NCBI RefSeq assembly: GCF_001457595.1
Contig: NZ_LN831039.1
Coordinates: 4,770,001 to 4,802,000 of the forward strand
Direction of reading: 5' to 3'
DNA: 32,000 nt
Origin: Mycolicibacterium smegmatis
Lineage (GTDB): Bacteria; Actinomycetota; Actinomycetes; Mycobacteriales; Mycobacteriaceae
In this document: positions 19,278-32,000 of the stretch, in pieces
Position numbering within the stretch: the first letter of the stretch is position 1
How the letters are laid out: every line of letters begins with the position of its first letter
The notes under the pieces: generated by a model
Told to the model about the DNA's origin: nothing
Database searches by the model: none
Seen by the model: the letters and a program-made list of their open reading frames with translations, nothing else
Position numbers and translations under genes: made by a program

Positions 19278-19922
19278 TCAGGCCGCGCCCTCGCCCAGAT
19301 ACCGCACCCAGGCCGGGTCGAGCTCCTTGACCGTCGACAACAGCCGCCAGTGCTGGCCTTTCGGCGGCATCGGCACGCACCGCAGCGTCCACCCCAGCTC
19401 GGTGAGCAGCCGGTCGGCCTTGCGGTGGTTGCACGTCGCACACGCCGCGACGCAGTTCTCCCACGAGTGCTCGCCGCCGCGGCTGCGGGGCACGACGTGG
19501 TCGACGGTGTCGGCGCGGCCGCCGCAGTACGCGCAGCGGAACCGGTCGCGGTGCATCAGCGCGGCCCGCGTCATGGGGACGCGCGCCCGGTACGGCACGC
19601 GCACGTAGGTGCGCAGCCGGATCACCGACGGCACGACGATCGACCGCGACGCCGAGTGGATGACCGGGCTGGTGGGGTCGTCGTGCACGACGTCGGCCTT
19701 GCCGCACACCACCATGATCACCGCGCGACGCAGCGGCAGCGCCGTGAGCGGCTCGTATGTGGCGTTGAGCAACAGGACCCTGCGACGCCCCCACAGTGAC
19801 GCGTCGGGCTCGGCGGACGCGAGCGGCTCGACGCTGTGCAGTGGGCGGTTGGGCACAAGAGGCCCCGCTGGGCCGGGTATGTGGCCGGTCCGTCGTGTAT
19901 GGGCTTTTCTGCTGTGCGCCAT
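19278..19922 (-). CDS. HNH endonuclease-domain protein, Rv2469c-like
   Basis: Track ORF extends to 19949. ATG at 19922 is preceded by GGAGG with 4 nt spacing. The HNH motif is canonical: CAYCGGRADTVDHVVPRSRGGEHSWENCVAACATCNHRK. An N-terminal domain of about 110 aa has unknown function. Confidence 0.8.
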   Translation of the reverse strand: MAHSRKAHTRRTGHIPGPAGPLVPNRPLHSVEPLASAEPDASLWGRRRVLLLNATYEPLTALPLRRAVIMVVCGKADVVHDDPTSPVIHSASRSIVVPSVIRLRTYVRVPYRARVPMTRAALMHRDRFRCAYCGGRADTVDHVVPRSRGGEHSWENCVAACATCNHRKADRLLTELGWTLRCVPMPPKGQHWRLLSTVKELDPAWVRYLGEGAA

Positions 19923-20057
19923 GGAGCCTCCGGAGAGACAGTCCACCACGGATCACTGCCGATCGCACGATAATTCTTCGGGTGTTCGCAGGTCAGTCCG
20001 ATGAACACCAGGTGACGGGCCCGTCCTCGCCCGGCGGGCGGCCGCAGATCAGGAACA

Positions 20058-20462
20058 ATGGGTGACGTGACGCAGGTGCAACGATCTTTCTACGACGAAG
20101 TCGGTGGCCACGACACGTTCCATGCCATCGTGTCGCGGTTCTACCAGCTGGTGCGCGAGGACGAGATCCTGCATCCGCTGTATCCGGAGGACGATTTCGA
20201 GGGCGCCGAGGAACGGTTGCGGATGTTCCTCGAGCAGTACTGGGGTGGTCCGCGCACCTACTCCGACCAGCGCGGGCACCCGCGGCTGCGGATGCGTCAC
20301 GCGCCGTTCCGCATCGGTTTCCTCGAGCGCGACGCGTGGTTGCGGTGCATGCACACCGCGGTCGCCGAGATCGATTCGCAGACGCTGGACGACGCGCACC
20401 GCCGCGCGTTGCTCGACTACCTCCAGATGGCCGCGGACTCGATGGTGAACTCGGCGTTCTGA
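20058..20462 (+). CDS. glbO: group II truncated haemoglobin (trHbO)
   Basis: 134 aa. [75 protein letters not shown] is nearly identical to my memory of M. tuberculosis GlbO. Confidence 0.92.
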   Translation: MGDVTQVQRSFYDEVGGHDTFHAIVSRFYQLVREDEILHPLYPEDDFEGAEERLRMFLEQYWGGPRTYSDQRGHPRLRMRHAPFRIGFLERDAWLRCMHTAVAEIDSQTLDDAHRRALLDYLQMAADSMVNSAF

Positions 20463-22000
20463 TGGCGCAGTGGTGGTCGCACGCGGTCTTCTACCAGGCC
20501 TATCCCCGCTCGTTCCGTGACAGCAACGGTGACGGCGTCGGCGACCTGGACGGCGTGACCGCAGGCCTGGACCATCTGGCCGACCTCGGTGTCGACGCGC
20601 TGTGGCTCAACCCCGTGATGGTCTCGCCGATGGCCGACCACGGCTACGACGTCGCCGACCCGCGCGACGTCGACCCGCTGTTCGGCGGGCTGGACGCGCT
20701 GGACCGGTTGCTCGACGCCGCCCATGCGCGCGGCATCCGCGTGACGATGGACCTGGTGCCCAACCACACCAGCTCGGCGCATCCGTGGTTCGTCGAGGCG
20801 CTGGCCAATCCACGGCGGCGCGACCGCTACATCTTCCGCGACGGGCGCGGGCCCGACGGTGCGCAGCCGCCCAACAACTGGGTGTCGGTGTTCGGCGGGC
20901 CGGCGTGGACCCGCGTGACCGAACCCGACGGCACGCCCGGGCAGTGGTACCTGCACCTGTTCGACCCGGCTCAGCCCGATCTGAACTGGAACAACCCCGA
21001 GGTCTTCGAAGACCTGGAGAAGACGCTGCGGTTCTGGCTGGACCGCGGCGTCGACGGGTTCCGCATCGACGTCGCACACGGCATGGCCAAACCGCCCGAT
21101 CTGCCCGACATGTCCGTCACCGACACCGCGCTGCTGCGCAACAGCGACGACGATCCGCGCTTCGACAACGACAGCGTCCACGACATCCACCGCTTCATCC
21201 GCCGGGTGCTCGACGACTATCCCGACACCGTCGCCGTCGGCGAGGTGTGGGTGCACGGCAACGAACGGTTCGCGCGGTACCTGCGTGCCGACGAATTGCA
21301 CCTGGGCTTCAATTTCCGTCTGGTGAAGGCGGATTACGACGCCGCCGAGATCCGCGACGCCATCGACAACGCGATGACCGCGGCCGCGCTGGAGGGCGCG
21401 ACGCCCACCTGGACGCTGTCCAACCACGACGTGGTCCGCGAGGTGACGCGCTACGGTGGCGGTGCGCAGGGTCTGGCGCGGGCCCGGGCCATGGCGCTGG
21501 TGATGCTGGCCCTGCCCGGCGCGGTGTTCATCTACAACGGCGAGGAACTCGGCCTGCCCAACGTCGAACTGCCCGACGCGGTGCTGCAGGACCCGGTGTG
21601 GGAACGCTCGGGTCACACCGAGCGTGGCCGCGACGGGTGCCGCGTGCCGATGCCGTGGGCGGGCACCGCGCCGGCGTTCGGGTTCTCCTCGACGCCCGAC
21701 ACCTGGCTGCCGATGCCCGACGAGTGGGCGGCGCTGACGGTCGAGCGGCAACTGGCCGATCCGTCGTCGACGCTGGCGTTCTACCGTCGCGCGGTCCAGT
21801 TGCGCTCCGCGCGAGGCGAATTCGACGGATCAGGCATCGAGTGGGTCGACGATCAGGTGTTCCGCCGGCCCGGCGGGCTCACGTGCGCCTTCAACACCGG
21901 GACCACTCCCCTGCCGCTGCCCGACGGCGAGATCCTGCTCACCAGCGGAGAACTCGTCGACGGCATGCTGCCGCCCGACACCGCGGCCTGGCTGGTCTAG
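20462..22000 (+). CDS. aglA: GH13 alpha-glucosidase / oligo-1,6-glucosidase-like, Rv2471-like
   Basis: ATG at 20462 overlaps the glbO stop (TGATG). Sequence: WWSHAVFYQAYPRSFRDSNGDGVGDLDG...DLVPNHTS...GFRIDVAH (nucleophile region)...GEVW...SNHD. Confidence 0.88.
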   Translation: MAQWWSHAVFYQAYPRSFRDSNGDGVGDLDGVTAGLDHLADLGVDALWLNPVMVSPMADHGYDVADPRDVDPLFGGLDALDRLLDAAHARGIRVTMDLVPNHTSSAHPWFVEALANPRRRDRYIFRDGRGPDGAQPPNNWVSVFGGPAWTRVTEPDGTPGQWYLHLFDPAQPDLNWNNPEVFEDLEKTLRFWLDRGVDGFRIDVAHGMAKPPDLPDMSVTDTALLRNSDDDPRFDNDSVHDIHRFIRRVLDDYPDTVAVGEVWVHGNERFARYLRADELHLGFNFRLVKADYDAAEIRDAIDNAMTAAALEGATPTWTLSNHDVVREVTRYGGGAQGLARARAMALVMLALPGAVFIYNGEELGLPNVELPDAVLQDPVWERSGHTERGRDGCRVPMPWAGTAPAFGFSSTPDTWLPMPDEWAALTVERQLADPSSTLAFYRRAVQLRSARGEFDGSGIEWVDDQVFRRPGGLTCAFNTGTTPLPLPDGEILLTSGELVDGMLPPDTAAWLV

Positions 22001-22657
22001 TCAGTTCAGCACCAGGGCCGGGTCACCGCGGCGGCGGTACACCGAACCGAAACGCGCGTCGATGCGCAACCACGCGGCGTGCGCACGCACCCGGACGATC
22101 TCCTGCGCGCTGACCTCGTCACCGGTCTGCGGCAAGAAACCCATTGCGGTCAGAGCGAATACACACCGCATCGGGATACCGACGGTGACGTCGCCACCGG
22201 TCACCGACAGCACCTCGGAATCCAGCAGCGACGCGGGCGGTCCGTGGGCGCCGCTGTGTTCCCTGGCCAGCGCAAGGCCCTGCTGGGCGAGGTCGAGGAC
22301 CACCCGGGCCGGTACGTCGTCGAGGTGGACGAACCCGTTCTCGGGCGGCAGCGCGCCACGCCACGCCGAATCCATCGGGAACCCGGGATCGATGTGGTCC
22401 CCGCCGCCCGAAAGAGCCGTCGCGAGCGCGTCGGCCCCTGCCGACAGGTCGTGCGGACGGACGCGCCCGGACACCGCGCGGCTCGCGAGCACATCGAAAC
22501 CCGTTGCCACCCAGGCCACCACGCGTTCGTTCTGGGTCCGCTGCCGCAGCCGCACCACGGCGGCCTCGTCGAGGCGCAGCGAGCGGTCGACGAAGGTCAT
22601 GAGGTCCCCGCGGTCCCGCGGATCCTCGATCCACAGGCCCCGTTCCGGGACGTTCAT
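22001..22657 (-). CDS. conserved hypothetical protein, Rv2474c-like
   Basis: Track ORF extends to 22840. ATG at 22657 overlaps the thioesterase stop (ATGA). 218 aa with no recognisable catalytic motif. Its stop abuts the aglA stop with zero gap. Confidence 0.65.
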   Translation of the reverse strand: MNVPERGLWIEDPRDRGDLMTFVDRSLRLDEAAVVRLRQRTQNERVVAWVATGFDVLASRAVSGRVRPHDLSAGADALATALSGGGDHIDPGFPMDSAWRGALPPENGFVHLDDVPARVVLDLAQQGLALAREHSGAHGPPASLLDSEVLSVTGGDVTVGIPMRCVFALTAMGFLPQTGDEVSAQEIVRVRAHAAWLRIDARFGSVYRRRGDPALVLN

Positions 22658-23061
22658 CGCAGATGGGATTCGAGGTACGCGCGTTGTTCGGGCGTAAGCC
22701 GTTCCAGCCGTTGCTGTTCGATGTGCACGGCCGCGAGCTGCGTCTCCCCGATCACCGAAGGCTTGGAGTCGGGCGCGGCGTTGACCGAGCGCACCTCGTA
22801 GCCGATGGTGAAGTCCACCGCGCGCACCCGCTTGCTCCACATGGTCACCTGCAACGGTGAGTCGATCAGCCGCAACTGCCCCTTGTAGGAGATGTTCACC
22901 TCGGCGATCAGCAGGCCGATGGTGTCGATCGTGGGGCCGAACGGCTCACGCAGGAACGGTATGCGCGCCTCTTCGAGGATCGTCACCATGGTGGCATGGT
23001 TGATGTGCTGGTACATGTCGATATCCGACCAGCGCACATGCACCGGCGTCGTAAAGCTCAC
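22654..23061 (-). CDS. hotdog-fold acyl-CoA thioesterase (4HBT/YbgC-like), Rv2475c-like
   Basis: 135 aa. GTG at 23061 follows GAGGAGAA. VHVRWSDIDMYQHINHATMVTILEEARIPFL is typical of 4HBT-type thioesterases. It lies 29 nt downstream of gdh. Confidence 0.8.
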   Translation of the reverse strand: MSFTTPVHVRWSDIDMYQHINHATMVTILEEARIPFLREPFGPTIDTIGLLIAEVNISYKGQLRLIDSPLQVTMWSKRVRAVDFTIGYEVRSVNAAPDSKPSVIGETQLAAVHIEQQRLERLTPEQRAYLESHLR

Positions 23062-23090
23062 GTTGTTTTCTCCTCAGGCGAGCGTCAGGC

Positions 23091-27989
<4,899 letters not shown>

Positions 27990-28000
27990 CTAGTCGTCCT

Positions 28001-28034
28001 GGCTGTGGGCCGGTTGGAATCCGCGCCCACAGCC
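28001..28034 (-). terminator. hairpin 10 nt downstream of the ettA stop
   Basis: ggctgtgggc (28001-28010) pairs with gcccacagcc (28025-28034). Three more bp form (28011-13 with 28021-23) after a 1-nt bulge, leaving the loop ttggaat. Confidence 0.5.
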
Positions 28035-28043
28035 CGTGGACGG

Positions 28044-29717
<1,674 letters not shown>

Positions 29718-29825
29718 GCCGTGATGTGCCTTTCTGAAGCTGTTCGAGTCGTCTCGGTGCGCTCGCGCGGTGAACGCGGCAAGCGCCACTTGCTCGCCGA
29801 CCATCCTAGGCGTGGCCGAATACGG

Positions 29826-30332
29826 CTACGCCGTCAGTGGCAGCCCGTCGCCGGCGAGGTCGGCGACGTCGTCGTCCGCGAGGTCGTCCGGCTCGTCGTC
29901 GGCATCCCGGCGGTCGACGTCATCATCGGGAACGCGCTCGGGATCGCCTCCGGCGTCGGCTCGCGGCCCTTGGGACGGCTGCACCTTTTCCACCCGCGCG
30001 ATGCACCGGGACAGGTCCGGGCCCACCGCGGTGGCCCTGACCTCGACCGACGAGCGGCGCACGCCTTCGCGGTCCTCGTACTCATTGGTGTAGAGGTGAC
30101 CGACTACGACCACGGAGTCACCCTTGCCGAGTGACGCGCTGACGCCGCGGGCGAGGTTCCCCCAGCAGTTCACCGTGACGTACAACGAGTTGCCGGGCTC
30201 CCAGGTGCCCTCGGGGCTGCGCCGCCGCGAATTGCTGGCCACCCGGAACTTGTAGAGCTCCTGGTCGCCGAAGCGCAGCCGCACCGGATTGGTGATGATG
30301 TTGCCGACCACAGTGAACGGTGTCTCGAACAT
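29826..30332 (-). CDS. single-stranded DNA-binding protein paralogue (Rv2478c-like; SSBb-like)
   Basis: This is the real part of track ORF 29826-30725. ATG at 30332 lies 6 nt after AAGGGA; ATG at 30338 is the alternative. The OB fold reads MFETPFTVVGNIITNPVRLRFGDQELYKFRVASNSRRR...YVTVNCWGNLARGVSASLGKGDSVVVVGHLYTNEYE. The acidic C-terminal tail ends in GDGLPLTA. Confidence 0.85.
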   Translation of the reverse strand: MFETPFTVVGNIITNPVRLRFGDQELYKFRVASNSRRRSPEGTWEPGNSLYVTVNCWGNLARGVSASLGKGDSVVVVGHLYTNEYEDREGVRRSSVEVRATAVGPDLSRCIARVEKVQPSQGPRADAGGDPERVPDDDVDRRDADDEPDDLADDDVADLAGDGLPLTA

Positions 30333-30349
30333 GTTCATTCCCTTTCGCT

Positions 30350-30458
30350 TTTCATCCATGCGAACCGGTGAGATCCGGCCGCCTGTGACCCATTCATCGC
30401 GCACGGGCCGACACGGGCCGTGCGCAGGGCCGATGAAGCGACAGGGTTGTGGATGAAA
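30350..30458. repeat. nested inverted repeats plus tandem CACGGGCCG repeats upstream of the ssb paralogue
   Basis: Outer inverted repeat: tttcatcca (30350-30358) with tggatgaaa (30450-30458). Inner: ttcatc+gcgcacgg (30393-30406) with ccgtgcgc (30418-30425) and gatgaa (30432-30437). Direct repeats: cacgggccg at 30402-30410 and 30412-30420, with a degenerate third copy cagggccg at 30425-30432. Confidence 0.5.
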
Positions 30459-30511
30459 TGCGATCTGGGGATAACTGCCGGGCCCACGGCGCGGCAGGCG
30501 CCTGCGACGCG

Positions 30512-30570
30512 TCGAGGCTGTAGTTGCCGTGCTGTGCACTCGCACTTCTGCTCGGTAACTACAGCCTCGA
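30512..30570 (-). terminator. long hairpin (18-bp stem with one mismatch, 23-nt loop) downstream of the CopD/CtaG gene
   Basis: tcgaggctgtagttgccg (30512-30529) pairs with cggtaactacagcctcga (30553-30570), including 13 contiguous perfect bp. It starts 26 nt after the stop at 30596. A 12-bp palindrome gcaggcgcctgc follows at 30494-30505. Confidence 0.55.
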
Positions 30571-30595
30571 AGGGTCCATGCCCGTGAGGGCCCGG

Positions 30596-32000
30596 CTACT
30601 GGGGCGGGTTGTCCCGACGGGCCAGGTGGGCCAGCATCCGGTTGTAGGCGGCCAGGTCGGCGTCGTCGTCGCGGTCGGCCGCGCGGTCGAGGCGTTTGGC
30701 CGTGCGGTCGTCGCTGCGCCGCCACTGGATGAGCAGCGCGAGCATCACGATCACCAGCGGAACCTCACCGGCCGCCCACGCCACCCCGCCGCCCAGCTTC
30801 TGATCACCGAGCAGATCGGTGTGCCAGCTCAGCTGCAGCGATCGGTAGAAAGGCTCGCCCAGCACGGTCTTCATGCCCATCATCACCACACCGAAGAACG
30901 CGTGCAGCGGCAGCGACGCGAAGACCATGCCGATCTTGCCGAGGTGCGGGATGGGACGCGGTGTCGGGTCGATGCCGATGACGACCCAGTAGAACAGGTA
31001 GCCCGACAGCAGGAAGTGCACGTTCATCATCACGTGCGCGGCGTGGTTGCTCACCGCGGCGTCGAAGATGCCGCCGAAATACAGGCCGTAGAACCCGACC
31101 ACGAACATCACCGTCGCGATCACCGGGTTGGTGAAGAACTGCGAGATCTTGGAGTGCAGCGCGGCCAGCAGCCATTCGCGCGGTCCCGGCGGCTGCCCGC
31201 GGCCCGCGGCGGGCAGGGCCCGCAGCGCCATGGTCACCGGAGCGCCGAGCACCAGCAGGATCGGCACCAGCATGGACAGCAGCATGTGGGCGATCATGTG
31301 CATGCTGAACATCGCGGGCATGTACCGCCCGAGGCCCGACGACGTGGTGAACAGCAGCGTTGCGCAGCCCAGCAGCCACGCGACGGTGCGGCCGACCGGC
31401 CAGGCGTCACCACGATGACGCAGCCGGTACAGCGCCGCGAGGTAGACCAGGGCGCCGACGATCGCGGCCGTGCCGAACAACAGGTCGAACCGCCAGTCGA
31501 ACAGCACACGGGCGACCGTGGGCGGACCGGCGAAGTCGTAGCCGATCGCCACCTCGGCGGCCGACGGGATGCGCTTGATCGGCGGCGGCGGGGTGCGCCC
31601 CAGCCCGACCGCGATGCCGAACGTCACGCCGAAGATCGCGCCCTCGGTGAGCGCGAGCCGGATCAGCGGGCCGCGCGCCGTGGGATCGGCCTGCAGTGCC
31701 GACACCGCGCTGCGCCGCTGCAGGAAGCCCAGCGCCCCCAGCACGACGAGCGCGACGATCTTGCCGACGATCAGCCAGCCGTAGGACGTGCGGAACAGGT
31801 CGGCGGGTGACATCCGCACCAGCGCGTTGATCACGCCGCTGACACCCATCGCGATGAAGCACCACAGCGCCAGCGCCGAGAAACGCCGCGCGGCCAGCGC
31901 AGTGGCCGCGCCCTCACCCGCTCTGCCGCGCATCGCGTGGGCCAGCAGCGCCAGCAGCCCACCGGCCCACACCGCACCTGCGACGAGGTGGATGAACAGG
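30596..32000 (-). CDS. bifunctional CopD / cytochrome c oxidase assembly factor CtaG (caa3_CtaG) membrane protein; N-terminus beyond the right window edge
   Basis: The frame stays open upstream of the track start at 31972 to the window end (...LFIHLVAGAVWAGGLLALL, the CopD-type motif). It is polytopic. The C-terminal half has the CtaG-like MFSMHMIAHMLLSMLVPILLVLGAPVTMALRALP and HAAHVMMNVHFLLSGYLFYWVVIG. Confidence 0.8.
   Translation of the reverse strand, partial: LFIHLVAGAVWAGGLLALLAHAMRGRAGEGAATALAARRFSALALWCFIAMGVSGVINALVRMSPADLFRTSYGWLIVGKIVALVVLGALGFLQRRSAVSALQADPTARGPLIRLALTEGAIFGVTFGIAVGLGRTPPPPIKRIPSAAEVAIGYDFAGPPTVARVLFDWRFDLLFGTAAIVGALVYLAALYRLRHRGDAWPVGRTVAWLLGCATLLFTTSSGLGRYMPAMFSMHMIAHMLLSMLVPILLVLGAPVTMALRALPAAGRGQPPGPREWLLAALHSKISQFFTNPVIATVMFVVGFYGLYFGGIFDAAVSNHAAHVMMNVHFLLSGYLFYWVVIGIDPTPRPIPHLGKIGMVFASLPLHAFFGVVMMGMKTVLGEPFYRSLQLSWHTDLLGDQKLGGGVAWAAGEVPLVIVMLALLIQWRRSDDRTAKRLDRAADRDDDADLAAYNRMLAHLARRDNPPQ

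Noticed and set aside
19982-20008. Inverted repeat GTGTTC-N15-GAACAC in the HNH/glbO divergent region, considered as a LexA SOS box.
   Set aside because: The mycobacterial LexA box is TCGAAC-N4-GTTCGA. Here the half-sites are in the opposite orientation with a 15-nt spacer and only 6-bp arms, which is within chance expectation. It could still be another regulator's site, but I cannot support that.

Overview
High-GC (roughly two-thirds G+C) actinobacterial chromosome, very likely a fast-growing Mycobacterium/Mycolicibacterium. Gene order and protein sequences match my memory of M. smegmatis around the giant NAD-glutamate dehydrogenase, and the core genes are syntenic with M. tuberculosis Rv2464c-Rv2478c. 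I cannot verify this without a search. I support 31 densely packed protein-coding genes, many with 1-4 nt start/stop overlaps. The ORF track reports longest ORFs, so I moved several starts downstream using RBS and overlap logic. Left to right: a partial Na+/H+ antiporter, nei, rpiB and a TetR regulator; a divergent aldo/keto reductase; a coupled CDA-fold deaminase and 2OG/Fe(II) oxygenase; a GntR regulator divergent from an 8-gene operon (polar-amino-acid ABC importer, D-aminoacylase-family amidohydrolase, enolase-superfamily enzyme, KDPG-type aldolase, PfkB kinase); then a DsbA-like Rv2466c homologue, DUF732, pepN, a small degenerate HNH gene, an HNH / small His-rich membrane protein / DUF5130 operon, glbO-aglA, an Rv2474c-like gene, a hotdog thioesterase, gdh, ettA, an ssb paralogue and a partial CopD/CtaG. 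I saw no rRNA, tRNA, CRISPR, transposase or integrase. The best candidate for an undescribed system is the GntR-controlled operon at 5984-14144. Its parts are best reconciled by catabolism of an N-acyl-D-amino-sugar acid (an N-acetyl-D-glucosaminate-like oxidised amino sugar), with an enolase-superfamily enzyme in the deaminating/dehydrating step. Secondary points are candidate operators, a sigma-H-type promoter, a degenerate HNH insertion flanked by a 10-bp direct repeat, the link between respiratory accessory genes, an HNH gene and glbO, and a heavily structured intergenic region upstream of the ssb paralogue.
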